Part shown: positions 1 to 14,292 of the stretch, one piece after another
Position numbering within the stretch: position 1 is the stretch's first letter
Layout: each line of letters starts with the position of its first letter
Origin: the human T2T-CHM13v2.0 reference genome, Homo sapiens
NCBI RefSeq assembly: GCF_009914755.1
Contig: NC_060926.1
Direction: 5' to 3' (one strand)
DNA length: 64,000 nt
Program-made: the position numbers and the translations under genes
Notes under the pieces: generated by a model
What the model saw: only the letters and a program-made list of their open reading frames with translations
Told to the model about the DNA's origin: nothing
The model's database searches: none

Positions 1-124
1 TAATATATTTTCATACATCTTCGTATTTCCAGCCAACTGGAGGAAGATATACTGCACCTATAATTTTGGTGATGGAGTCTTTCTTTATGATAGCAATCAG
101 CACTAAGTATCCCAGAGCGCTTAC

Positions 125-285
125 CTTGAGGCCCCAGGTTTGACTCCCAGCATGTCCCAACTGTCTTTACTATTTCGAATTCTGCGAATGGCATCTGCTT
201 GTTCTTTGGTGAAACTAGCACTGCTATTGGTGGTAGGGCGTTTCCCGCCATTTTCACATAAATCAACTATGGATATATAAAAGGT
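125..285 (-). CDS. DNAJC27: DNAJC27 exon 6 (TFYISIVDLCENGGKRP...SKDSWDMLGVKPGAS), linker and start of J-domain; last exon lies outside the window
   Basis: ttcttgtag acceptor, AG|GTAAG donor, 161 nt; WDMLGVKPGAS resembles J-domain helix I. Confidence 0.96.
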
Positions 286-557
286 CTACAAGAAGAAAAC
301 ATAACCCAGGGTAGAAATGATTTTGTGAAAATAGGAATTCCTTTTAAGCATCAACTTAAAAGACTTTTAATATATTCCAGCAACTCTTAGAAGTCATGTA
401 TAAAGCAAATACACACTTTGGAAGATTTTTTTCTTTTATACTATTTAAATATATATATTCATATATTTTAATACACAAAAAGTATAAGGAATAAAATTAA
501 AGTGGCTAATAATCCTACTTTCAGATAACCACAATTGAAGTTAAAAAGTAACAGATG

Positions 558-872
558 GGCAGGGCATGGTGGCTCACACCTGTAATCCCAGCATTTTGGG
601 AGGCCGAGGCAGGCGGATTGCTTGAGCTCAGGAGTTTGAGACCAGCCTGGGCAACATGGCAAACCCACGTCTCCACACACACAAAAAATACAAAAATTAC
701 CCGAGTGTGGTGGTGCACGCCTGTAGTCTCAGATACTTGGGTGGCTGAGGTCGGAGGATGCTTGAGCCCAGGAAGTGAAGGCTGCAGTGAGCCCAGATCA
801 TGCCACTGTACTCCAGCCTGGGTGACAGAGCCAGACCCTGTCTCAAAAACAAACCAACCAACCAAAACAACA
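558..872 (+). mobile_element. Alu (J-like)
   Basis: Dimeric Alu with aaaagtaa flanking repeat. Confidence 0.9.
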
Positions 873-2559
873 AAAGTAATGATGAACATTGTTAGAAAAA
901 TTCAAATAGTAAAGAAAAGTGTAAAATGAAAACTGTGTCTCTCTACTCCTCAAGTTCCTCTCCTGGAGGTAACCATTGTTAATTTTTTTTGAGCATCCTT
1001 CCAGAAAAATTTACCATCAGTATGCCAGTATATACACAGATCCATACTCTTTCAACATGTACTAAAGGAGATCAGACTAAACACATCTTAGCACCTTGTA
1101 TTTTTTTCCACATAATGCATCCTGGAATCTTTCTATAGCTACATGTAGAGACTTTCTTTGTTCTTCTAAATGACTGTTCAGTATTGTATTGTGTAGCTGT
1201 ACCATAATTTGTGTAACCAACTCTCTATTCTTGGACAAGTCAGTTGTTTCTAGTTTTTTTGCTACTATAAACAGTGCTTCAGTAAATTTTTCTTTTGTGT
1301 ATACATCTCAGTACACTTGTGGGGATACTGCTTTAGGATAAATTCCTAAAAGCAGAACTGTTGAGAAAGAGTATATGCGCATTTTAATTTTTGAGTCTGA
1401 CAACCGTTGTTAAAAAAAAAAGCTGTACCAGTTTACATTCCCATCACCGTGTGTGTGAGACAGAGTGCCTACTTCTCCATACCCTCATTAACACTGACCA
1501 TTATCAAACATCTTAAGTGTTACTAATCTGATATATATCTAATATAGTTTGATTTGCATTTCTTTAATTAGAAGTGAAAGTGGGTATCTTTCCAAATGCT
1601 TATGGCCTTTTCTTTTTCTGCAAACTTCTTATTCTTTGCCCATTTTTACAATTTTTTTTCTTTTTTTTGAGACAGGGTCTCTCTATGTTGGCCAGGCTGG
1701 TCTCAAACTCCTTGGCTCAAGTGATCCTGTCTCAGCCTCCTGAGCAGCTGGGATTACAGGTATGTGCCACTGCACCTGGCTACACTTTTCTGATTTTTTT
1801 TTAGGTGAAAGCTTTTTTGACCCTGCTCATGTTTCATGTTCTGTGCACTGTAATTATTATTGAATAATACTCATTTACCACACTACAGCCACTTTTAAAT
1901 GGACATATCTCCTCCTAATTTCTTTAAAAATCTTTTCCTCTTCTTTTTTGGATTCTTTTATAGTTCCTGTTATCTTCTAAAATTCTTATCTTTCTTTTAG
2001 ACTCTCCTTTCTGATGTCTAGTATTAGCTAATCAACTTGGTAACCTAACAAGAAGCCTTGATGTCTGAAAAGGGGTGTCAAAGGAATACCACTAGAGACC
2101 AAGACACAAGACGTATTAGCTTGGCTTTAGTCTGTCTTTATATTGCTCTCTCTGTTAACAGTTATCAATCAGATAAAACCATGTTACTTCCTGACATAAA
2201 ATGTCTATTAAGTAGATGGGAAATAAAGAAAATATTTATTAAATTGAACCAGCAGGAAAGCACTACTTTTAAGTACTTACTTATAGAATACTGTAATTAT
2301 TCTCTTCTTGTTAGCTTTTTTTTTTTAAACAGACTAATTTATCCATTAGTTCTATCCAAGATGTATCTAAAAAGATAAAAGCCACATAAAAGGGATCACA
2401 GTTCACGGATGTTTGCTAGTTGTGTATCAGTAAGACTGTCTTCTAGCCTACGAGTTAACCTGAAATATGAATATTCATAGATTTCTGAGGGCACAAGGAT
2501 TCATTCATCACACACATGGTTATAGGAGACAAGTCATAGTGTAGGCTATAGAATACTAG

Positions 2560-4530
2560 GATTGAGACCAAAGCCTGTTTAAATTTCATGTCTGAGTTCC
2601 AGCCATGACAGAGTAATGAATACTGGACTAGACTTCCTGCCATCAACTACTATCGAACTGGAAAAAAACTGTTGGCAGTGGACAACAGCAAGTGCAAGAC
2701 GGCTCCCTGAGAGATAAGCCCCCCAATCACCTGGTTGTCTGCTTGGAGTCCATTTCCTGACCACATCACAGAGAGCTGGAGTCTGAGCAGACACAAGTCT
2801 CATTGAGCTAAGGAGGAGGTGGCTAGACTCTGCAGAGCAGGCCATTGGAGAGGAGAGAGCTGTGCAGAGCTGGGCACCAAGTCCATATGGGGGTCTCTCA
2901 TGAGTCTGTGGCCAAAGGCTGGGCTATATATGCATAGGGTGAGATCACTCAAGGCTTACCAGATAACAGCTGCTATGGGGTTGAGAACAAAACCAATATC
3001 CTGAGGTCTAGTGGTGCTAGAGAAGAGCTATCCTGGGAACAGTAGGGTTTAGCCTTGTCAGAGTGGAGATATTGCCTTAACCCCTCATTAATTGCCCCAC
3101 CATCTACTGAGGCACCACAGAAAGGCTGTGCCCTAAAAATTATAGACTCATCCTAACAAAACCTAAAACCAAGAGCTGACAAGATCTGCAAAAGAGACAG
3201 AATTTGGAAGCTGAGTCCTGCCAAATTAGAAGGGCTTGGGAAACACTTTGAACTTCCTTCAAATCCTTGCTATTAGGGCAAAAAAACAAGCCAACACAAG
3301 TTCACTGTAATTTGCCAATAATTAAACTGCCTCCTGAGGAATCAAAAATCAACACTAAACATTCTTCAATCAAGAATCAATAGTCAGGCTGGGTGCGGTG
3401 GCTCATGCCTGTAATCCCAGCACTTTGGGAGGCCGAGGCGGGCGGATCACGAGATCACGAGATCGAGACCATCCTGGCTAACTCGGTGAAACCCTGTCTC
3501 TACTAAAAATACAAAAAATTAGCCGGGCATGGTGGCGGGCACCTGTAATCCAGCTACTCAGGAGGCTGAGGCAGGAGAATGGCATGAACCCGGGAGGCGG
3601 AGCTTGCCATGAGCCGAGATTGCGCCACTGCACTCCAGCCTGGGCAACAGAGCCAGACTCCGTCTCAAAAAAAGAAAAAAAAACCAACGGTCTTCTGAGG
3701 AAGATAAAAGAATCTAGAGTCTCTACAATGTGTTATCCACAAGGTCTGGTGTTCAATCAAAAACCACTACTCATACAAAGAAACATGTAAATGTGATCCA
3801 TAGTCAGGAAAAAAGGTAGTAAATAGAAACTGAACCCAAGATGGTTCAAATGTTGGACTTAGCAGATGAAGACTGTAAAACAGCTATTATAAATATTTCA
3901 AAGAGGTAAAGAAAAATACATTCAAAGAATTAAAGGAAAATATACTCTTAATGAGTGAGCAGAGAATCTAATAGAGAACTGAGAACTATACTGGGAACCA
4001 AATGCAAATTCTAGAGCTGAAAACTTCCCTCAGGGAGTTTAACAGTAGATTGTCAGTGGTGAAGTCAAATCAACAGAGACTATGCAATCTGAAAAATGCA
4101 TAAAAAAATGGAAGAAAAATAAATATAGCCTCAGGGACTCTGGGACAAAATCAAATGGTCTAATATACATGTAATTGGAGGCCAAGAAGGTAAAGAGAGC
4201 CAGAATGTGGCCAAAAAAACTCTGAAGAAATAATAGTAAAACAAAAACAAAACAGAAAACTCCCCAAATTTGATGAAAAACACCCACCTACCAATCTTAG
4301 AAACTCAGTAAATCCTAAATAGAATAAAAATGAAGAGAATCACATCTTGGCACATCATATTCTAACTGCTGAAAACCAAAGAAAAGAGAAACTCTTGAAA
4401 GCAGCCAGGGGGTAAAAAGGGCACATTAGGTACAGAGATTAATAAGAGTCAGAATGAGTGCTAACATCTCATGACACACAATGGAGGCCAGAAGAGAATG
4501 GACCAGCATCTTTAAAGTGTTGAAAAAAAT
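2560..4530 (+). mobile_element. Old L1M 5' region / ORF1 fragment, split by an AluY
   Basis: ORF1-like blocks: aaccaaatgcaaattctagagctgaaaa, ccccaaatttgatgaaaaa, ctcttgaaagcagccag, atggaggccagaaga; left boundary approximate. Confidence 0.75.
3387..3683 (+). mobile_element. AluY
   Basis: gatcgagaccatcctggctaac and ggcggagcttgc diagnostic positions. Confidence 0.9.
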
Positions 4531-5404
4531 CTCATTTCTAACAAGTATGTCCCTTGGACAAATCACTTTACTACCCTTAGATGCTCTCATATATGAAATG
4601 ATAACAATACTTGCCACACATTGTTGCTGTAAGTCTCCATGAGATGAAATGTGTAAAATTCTCCAGAATGGTGAAGTACTATTCAAATGGTTAGGTATCA
4701 TTATTGTACACATACAGGCACAAAGTCACATAGCTCCAAGTACTCAAAAGAATAGAAAGCATGGCAAACCAGCATCAACTTTATTTGATCTTGAAATAGA
4801 AAATACTTTTGCTTAATTCAGCCTGTCAGCCAAGGAAGAAATCTGTCTTCTAGCAGGAGGAGTGACATCTTGTGAGAAGGAAATTCAGCATAAAAGATTA
4901 AGTACAATCCCACTCAATAATTAAGAACAACTCTTTATAGTGTAACTACTTTATTTGAAATGCTAAAAATTCCCAAAATATCAGATATATTCATAAGAAG
5001 AAAACTACATTATTCATGCTACCACTTACTTCCAAATGTATCTATAATTAAGGGCTGACTTTATAAGTTATTGTTTTAAATAGCCTATTTCCCTTAAAAT
5101 TACTCAAGATGAGTAGGTTTTTTTAAAGTGGCCATCTGTTCAGGTTGTGATGTGAGCGCCTCCCTCTATTTCCTGCTTGATTGGCGAGGCCTTATTTTTA
5201 TGTGTGACTGGATGGAGTCTATACTGACAGTCTCCTATTCTCTAACTGCACCCCTGTGGGCTACAATATAGGATTATACTAGCGGTGGCAAGGCAATTTT
5301 GCCACAGTAATGCTTCTATCTGATTATGCATATAAATGTAATACCATTAGCCAAAGGTAGCTTTGAAGAAAATCTCTGTCCTGCTTAAGCAGTGTATAAT
5401 AACT

Positions 5405-5560
5405 TTTGTTAAACTTGATGATCTTCAGAATCGCCTGGAGAGAGAGCTTTTTCAAAATATAGATTCCTGGGCTCCATCGCAACATAAGCTTCCAGTAGGT
5501 CTGAAGCCTAGAAGTATGTATTTTAAGAATTTCCTCAGGTAATTCTGGTGATCAGCTAAG
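5405..5560. mobile_element. MER5-type hAT MITE
   Basis: cagaatcgcctggag...agattcctgggctcc...cctcaggtaattctg. Confidence 0.6.
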
Positions 5561-5773
5561 TCTCATCTAAAATAGACAGCAGTCAGATCACTCATTCTCA
5601 TTCTCTCTTCCTTTCTCTCCCCCTTTCTCTATTTCTATCTCACTAGATTCTTTGAAAAGAAAGAGCTTATTCTAATGAGAAATTCCTATTACTTTTTTGC
5701 TTCCTATAATTTAAACTGAAAATTGGCACAGTGGCCTTGACACAAACCTTAAAACAACAAAATGCTAGCTTAC

Positions 5774-5896
5774 CTGGAACATCTCATTAATGCCTTCTCC
5801 AGTTTGTGCTGAAGTTTCAAAGTACAGGAACCCTTTGCTTTCAGCCCAAAGACGTCCTTCACTTTCATCTACACAGCGATGTTTGGTACAATCAAT
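5774..5896 (-). CDS. DNAJC27: DNAJC27 exon 5 (IDCTKHRCVDESEGRLWAESKGFLYFETSAQTGEGINEMFQ), G4 end and G5 ETSA
   Basis: tttcag acceptor, CAG|GTAAG donor, 123 nt. Confidence 0.97.
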
Positions 5897-6540
5897 CTGA
5901 AATAGAAGGGGCGGGGGACAGAGAGAAGATTACAATCTTGTCCTACTAGAATGGACCCAGTGAGGGTCTCTGTCAATCCTTTACTAAGGCAAAGCTATTC
6001 TTAGTAAATGCCTGCACTAGTGTGTAAAATTACCAGGACCAAAGGGACAGAAACAAAACTTAATATTGAATGTAGACTGATATTCTATGGCAACAGGACT
6101 AGTGCCTGCTGCTGCAATGTCCCACCTGATCCCTTGGGAAAACAGCTGTTACTCAGTTCTGTGAAAGTTGGCTTCATGACATCTGCCATACCCTTGGGGC
6201 CATAGTCTGCTTTTCACACCTTTCCATAGTCCACATCACCTAATTAATGCCCCTACTCCAGTCGGGTCAGAGTCTGATTATTAGGAACCATTGCTCCCAC
6301 TCAGTCACCAACATCCTTCCCCATGTATGGCACCAGAAAAAAAAAAATGTATACAAATTTTGATATAGCAGGTTTTAGGCTGCTGTGTTGTTTTGTTTTT
6401 GTCTTAGGGACATTATGTTTTGAAAGGTTATTGATTTCCATATTACACAATAAGGAATTTTTCTTTTCTTTTTGTTTCCCAACACTCAAAGCTCCACTCT
6501 TTCCCTAGAAATCTGAACACACCATTTCCAGAGGGGTTAC

Positions 6541-6705
6541 CTTGTTGGCACAAACTACAAATATAATATTTTCCATGTTTCCATGAGGTCCAAGCTCTTG
6601 CTTCATTTCTGCCAGCCACGCATCAAGGGCGTCAAAGGAGTCTTTCTGCCCAACATCATAGACCAGTATCACACCCTGTGTGTCCTTGTAAAACTCATTT
6701 CGAAC
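6541..6705 (-). CDS. DNAJC27: DNAJC27 exon 4 (VRNEFYKDTQGVILVYDV...VVCANK)
   Basis: Lies within ORF 6505..6774; acceptor tccttttatttgaag, donor AAG|GTAAC; 165 nt. Confidence 0.97.
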
Positions 6706-7210
6706 CTTCAAATAAAAGGACAGATACACAAAACGTAGTTTTTGTGATGTTATAAGAATGTATCTCACAGTCATTAACCTGGCAAAGTGTGTTCTTTTGT
6801 GTATTCTTAGTGTTTGCTATTGTATCTGTTTCTACTGGTCATTAGAGGGTTTTTTATAGAATCAAAGTAATGTCATTCTAAAAATGTATTAGCATAGAAG
6901 GACTTACAATGGAAAACAACAGCCTCCTGCCCCACCCCGTCCCACCTCCAGTTCCACTCCCTAGAGGCAATCAGTCTTTAATTATAGTAGACCTTAAAAG
7001 AACATCAATTATATAAAGTTCTTCTTAGGAAGAATTAGGAAGGTGAGTGAGCAATTCAAAAGAACTTAAGGCCAAAATGACATAAGTGTCAGCAATGGGT
7101 ACAGCCATTTATAAATCACATCCCAAAGCTGGCTTCCCCCAGGGTGCTAGGCAGAGCTTCCCTGACTCTCGGGTCTGCACACCAACTTTAGAACTCCAAA
7201 CTCAGAGCCT

Positions 7211-7425
7211 CAGTGTGATACAATGGAAAAGAGCACAGGCTCTGGAGTCAGACAGATCTGGGTTCACACTTACTTACTAGTTTTGTGATCTTGGGCAAGT
7301 CACTTAACCTCTCTGCGTCTCAGTTTCCTCATCTGTAAAATGGGGATAATACTACTTACTTCACAGGGTTATTATGATGGTTAAATGAGATAATGCAGGC
7401 AAAGTACTTAGCATGGTGCCTGAAA
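7211..7425 (+). mobile_element. MIR SINE
   Basis: Core ttgggcaagtcacttaacctctctg...cagtttcctcatctgtaaaatgggg. Confidence 0.9.
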
Positions 7426-8708
7426 AACAATGTCTATTTAACACCTTCCCCTTCCTTCCTTGCATTCATTCTCTGGGCTTCATTCCAAATGTGGGAAGAG
7501 GCAGCATGAAATATGGGCATACTCAAACATTAGGGCCAGAGAGAAGTTAAGGAGCAGCATTGACACATGGGGTTTCCGGGACAAAGTTCCAGAAAGAATC
7601 CTGACAGAGCCCATATATTATATGTTCTTTTCACAAAATTCCCAAATGTACTCAGACCCACACAAGCTATGTAGTAAGAAATGAAAACATGTTATACACA
7701 TCGGGTAGGGTTTCTGGGCATAGGCAGATATCTGGACCAAGGATATTAAGTGCTCCTATTTGTTTACAGAAACCTAAGAAGCTATCCCCTAAAGTTAAAA
7801 CCAACAAAATCAGAAAGAACTGAAGATGATGAAGCCCACCAGTCCTTTCCCTCAGTACTCATGGTCCTTGGCCCTTCTACAGCAGTTAACGACGGGCTCT
7901 CTCTTCTTTTCTAAAACTCTCACTGCCTTGGCTCCCATACATCACATTCCCTAGGCTCTTAAATTCTCTTTCACCAACTCCTCTTCTCTCTATTGCTCCC
8001 ACTCCAGCTTACCACCAAAATCCCCCAAATCCTGTCCTATGCCTTCTTCCTTTCTTTTTGAATCCTTCCTCCCAAATCAGCAACATCAACCACTTGTACA
8101 GTTTCAACTGTGAGAATCTCCAAGATGAGCCCTCTCCTCTGAGGTTCCAGACCTGCATTTCTAATTAGCACAACATTCTTCCAGCTGAATGTCCTGTTGG
8201 AATCTCAAATTCAATATGCACACAGGAAACCCCTCAACTTCTTCCTTCTTAAACTATTCTCCAAAGTTCCAACTTTCTCAAATGATGTTAAAAGTTTCTG
8301 ATCAGTCCTCCACCAACCTTCCCAGTCTTATCCTCCCACTAGCTCCTGACCTTCAAACTGGGGAATCTCTCATTCCCCAAACTTGCCCAAGCCTTCCTAA
8401 CTCCATCTGGAAACAGATACCTCTTTATCTTTAATTGTTCAAGCCCTGGCTATAATGCTGTATCTTTCATGCAGCTTTCTCTGTTCCATTCCTCACCATC
8501 CAGCCCCCTACTCCTGCAAAACAGAATGTAATCTCTATGTCCCCTGGAGTACCATACTGTTTTGTACTTTCATAGTGCCATCACTTCCTGCCCAGTTTTA
8601 CAGTTAGTAGCATATCCAGCTGTCTTCCCTCCTACACTAGAAGAAATGTGAAGACATGCATCATCTTCATGTATCCTCCCTTGTGTCACCCACAGGGCCT
8701 AGCAGATG

Positions 8709-10850
8709 CAGGCACACCTCACTTTATTGCACCTATGTAAGGCACATAGGCACACCTCACTTTATTGCACAGTATGTACATATCGTGTTTTTTTACAAAG
8801 TGAAGATCTGTGGCAACCCTAAGTCAAGCAAGTCTATTGATGCCATTTTTCCACAGTGTGTGTTCACTTTATGTGTGTGTCACATTTTGGTAACACTTAT
8901 AATACTTCAAACTTTTCATCATTATTATGTCTGTTATGATCATCTGTGATCAGTGATATCTGTTACTATTTTAAGTGTTTTGGGATACCATGAACATATA
9001 AGGTCATTTAAGACAGCAAACTTAATAAATGTTGTCTATATTCTGACTGTTCCACCAAATGGCTGTTGCCCCATCTCTCTCCCACTCCTGGAGCCTTCCT
9101 CTTCCCTGAGACAAAACAATATTGAAAGTAGGCCAATTAATAACAATACAACGGCCTCTAAGTGTTCAAGTAAAAGGAAGAGTCATGTATCTCTCATTTT
9201 AAATCAAAACCTTTAAATGATTAAGCTTAGTGAGGAAGGCATTTCAAAAACAGATAGGCCAAAAGCTGGGCCTTTTGTACCAAACAGCTAGCCAAGTTAT
9301 GAATGCAAAGGAAAACTTCTTGAATGAAATTAAAAATGCTACTCTAGTGAACACATGAATGATAAGAAAGTGAGACAGCATATTGCTGATATGGAGAAAG
9401 CGTTAGTGGTCTGGATAGAAGTCCAAACCAGCCACAACCTTCTCTTAAGCCAAAACCTAATGCACAGCAAGTCTCTAACTCTCTTCATTTCCATGAAGGC
9501 TGAGAGAGATGAGGAAGCTGCAGAGGAAAAGTCGGAAGCTAGCAGTTGTTGGTTCATGAGGTTTAGGGAAAGAAGCCATCTTCGTAACATAAAAGGGCAA
9601 CATGAAGCAGCACATGCTGATGTAGTGCTGCAAGTTATTCAAAATATCTAGCTAAGATCATTGATGAAGGTGGCTAATCAAAGCAACAGATTTTCAATGC
9701 AGATGAAACAGGCTTGGAATAGATAGATCTAATGGAAGAAGATGATATCTAGGACTTTCAAGGCTAGAGAGGAAAAGTCGATGCCTGGCTTCAAAAGCTT
9801 CAAAGGACAGGCTGACTCTCTTGTTACGGGCTGACAGAGCTGTTACGGGCTATATGAGCTGATGCTCATTTGCCATAATGAAAATCCTAGGGCCCTTAAG
9901 AATTATGCTAAATCTACTCTGCCTGTGCTCTATAAATGGAACAGCAAGGTCTGGATGACAGCAGATCTGTTTAAGCATAGTTTACTGAATATTTTAAGCC
10001 CACTACTGAGACCTACTACTCAGAAAAAAGGATTCCTTTCAAAATATTACTGCTCATTCACAATGCACCTAATTACCCAAGAGTTCTGATGGAGAAATAC
10101 GAAGAGATTAAAGCTGTTTTTATTATGCCTGCTAACACAACATCCATTCTGCAACCCATGGATCAAGGAATAATTTTGACTTTGAAGTCTTACTGTTTAA
10201 AAAATACATTTTGCAAGGCTACAGCTGCCATAGTGATTACTCTAGGCAAAGCAAATTGAAAACCTTGTAGAAAGCATTCGCCATTCTAGATGCCATTAAG
10301 AACATTCGTGATTCAGGGGAGAGGTCAAAGTATCAACCTTAACAAGAGTTTGGAAGTTGATTCCAACCCTTACAGATAACTCTGTGGGAGTTCAAGACAT
10401 CAGTGGAGGAAGTAACTGCAGATGTGGTGGAAATAGGAAGAGAACTAGAATTAGAAGTAGGGCCTGAAGATGTGACTGAATTACTGCAGTCTCACGATAA
10501 AAAATAAATAAGGAGTTGCTTCATATCAATGAGCAAAGAAAGTGGTTTCTTGAGATGGAATCTACTCCTAGTGAAGATGCTATGAACATTCTTGAAATGA
10601 CAAGCAAGAATTTAGAGTATTACATAAACTTAGTTGATAAGGCAGCAGCAGAGTTTAACTGAATTGACTCCAATTTTGAATGAAGTTCTAATGTGGGTGA
10701 AAATGCTGTCAAATAGCATTGCATGGTACAGAGAAATCTTTCATGAAAGGAAGAGTCAATCAATGTGCCAAACTTTATTGTTGTCTTATTTTAAGAAACT
10801 GCCACATCAACCACCACCCTCATCAGTCAGCAGCCATCATCACCGAGGCA
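8709..10850 (+). mobile_element. Tigger1 DNA transposon, nearly full length, 3' end lost, transposase degraded
   Basis: TIR-like CAGGCACACCTC; ORF pieces 9355..9651 ([13 protein letters not shown]...[16 protein letters not shown]-type HTH) and 9862..10089 (ENPRALKNYAKSTLPVLYKWN). Confidence 0.92.
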
Positions 10851-10852
10851 GC

Positions 10853-11566
10853 CTCTGATCACAATGGAATCAAACTAGAAATCAGTAACAGAAGGATTAA
10901 CAGGAAAATCTCCTAACACTTGGAAACTAAACAACATACTTTTTTTCTTTTTTTTTTTTTGTGTTTTTTGTTTGTTTGTTTGTTTTTGAATAACACACTC
11001 TCTTTTTTGAGATGGAGTTTCACTCTTTCACCCAGGCTGGAGTGAAGTGGCACGATTTTGGATCCCTGCAACCTCCGCCTGTTCAAGCGATTCTCCTACC
11101 TCAGCCTCCCAGGAAGCTGGGATTACAGGGATGTGCCACCACACCCGGCTGATTTTTGTGTTTTTAGTAGAGACAGGGTTTCCCCATGTTGGCCAGGCTG
11201 GTCTCGAATTCCTGACCTCAGGTGATCCACCCTTCTCGGCCTCCCAAAGTGCTGGGATTACAGACGTGAGCTACTGCTCCCGGCCTGAATAACACACTTC
11301 TAAATAACTCATACATCAAACAGAAAGTCTCAAGGGAAATTAAAGAAATACATTGAACTGAATGAAAATGAAAATACAACATCTCAGAATTTGTGGGACA
11401 CACAGTTGTGCTGAGAGGGAAATATGTAGCATTAAATGAATTTATTAAAAAAGGAAAAAGTCTCAAATCAATAATCTAAGATCCCACCTCAAGAATCTAA
11501 AACAAAAAGAGCAAAATAAGCTTAAAGCAAGCAGAGAGAAGGAAATGATAAAGATTAAGGCAGAAG
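10853..11566 (+). mobile_element. Old L1 ORF2 fragment (end of the endonuclease domain), split by an Alu
   Basis: SDHNGIKLEI motif; ENENTTSQNLWD-like sequence at ~11360-11400. Confidence 0.85.
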
Positions 11567-12134
11567 TGAAACGGCCAAACCAGAAAAGAGCAAAAAACCT
11601 CCTTAAGAAAAATGAAAAAGCCCAAGGAAGGAAAAACAAAAGAGAATGGTCATGAGATTCATTTGGTGATTACTTAGAGCTGGTAAGCAGATGAAAATAA
11701 ATCAAGTAGTTGCTTTAGCTTCTTCTCTGGAAAGAATGCAGATGACTAGGCATGAATAGGAACGATCACCCCAGTACCCTGCTGTGAAAGAAGTCGCATC
11801 ACTGAGTTCTTAAGCCCAAGCATAAATGTAATTATTTTTTTTTTCACATTTTAGGCTAAAGTATGAGGTAAAAAGCAAAAGTCCTCTGAAAGTCAAAATG
11901 TCTTATTGAAATGTTTGAAATATTGGCAATGAAATTTCCTACCACTATTTAACAGGATAACCTAAAAGATCAACAGTTGTCTATTAACTCAAGGCTCTGA
12001 AGGCAAGCCACGATCAAGCTAAAATTATGCAATTTTACACATGATATCAATATTGGTTGTTTCATATAATTCTGGATCTCTCCCCAAACCACCAACAATA
12101 CTGGATATAGGTTTTGTCAAAAAGGCTTTCTTAC

Positions 12135-12204
12135 CTCATAGAAGAAGGGATGTCCAGCCATATCAAAGATGTTAACTTTGATTTCTCTGTCTCTGACGTG
12201 TACC
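12135..12204 (-). CDS. DNAJC27: DNAJC27 exon 3 (VHVRDREIKVNIFDMAGHPFFYE), G3 motif DMAGH
   Basis: tttcag acceptor, GAG|GTAAG donor, 70 nt, restores phase 0. Confidence 0.97.
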
Positions 12205-12868
12205 CTGAAATGTTCAAATGGAAACAATCCGAAAGAAAGTCATGGTTTCTCCATTTACCTTAATATCATTTATAAATTTCAAAAGGATATGTGTATGCAA
12301 TTTAAGAAGCTTTCTTAGTGCCTCTTCCTCATTCCAGATCATCTTTACAATAGCAGTCAGCAACCTGACAGATGATCCTGCCTTCTTATCCCAAGAACAC
12401 TGAACCCACATGGAGTAGGCATTCTCAATTACTTCACTTTCACCTTCACTTCTAGAAACTTTGGTCCACAGCTCCCAACCAACAAAGGGTAGCTATTACT
12501 ATGGTATTAAGAAAAATTGATTTGGGATAAGTAGGAGCAAGATGAAGGAAAATGAAAAGTTTTATTTCACTTAGTAAGAGACATCTTAATTACCACTGGT
12601 TATATTTGGTTATCACACAGCAGAATAACAACGATGTATATTAATGACGTCTGTTTAATTTTCTTGTGATCTTTATTTGAGCAAGAGCAATAGTGAATTT
12701 GTTTTCAGATATTTGGAAATAAAGAATAAAACCAAAGGGGAAACAATAACCATTCATATTAGAATTAACTACTGTTAACATCATAGCATATTTGTTCCTA
12801 GTCTTTTTTTTCATGAAAAATCACCATTGGAAAATGATAAAGGAACATTAGAAATAATTCAAACACTA

Positions 12869-13273
<405 letters not shown>

Positions 13274-13655
13274 CTATATTCCCTATGATTCCAGCCATCT
13301 CTGAGGCCCAGCTGCATCCTTGTTGCTAGATTATGTGAACTGATTAATATCCATTTTCTTTTATTTTGCTTAAGTTGGTTTGAAATAGGTTTCTGTCAAT
13401 TATATCCTCCTGACTCATCATGGGACAAACATCTCTTCCAAAAAAATTTCTGCCAGAAATAAAATAGTCTGTTGACTATACCATGGTCCTTTGGCATAAT
13501 ATGGTAATTCTCACATCTTAGATAAATAAACTAGCTACTTATATGAATTCAGAACAAAACTATCTTAAATAGGATGTCCTACTATATCACTGATGAAATC
13601 CTATGCTTTGAAGCAGGAAAGAGGAAAAGAAAACTAGAAAGAAAGGTAAATTTCA

Positions 13656-14292
<637 letters not shown>

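Noticed and set aside
9355-10089. Possible domesticated TIGD-type gene
   Set aside because: The transposase frame is broken by many stops and frameshifts
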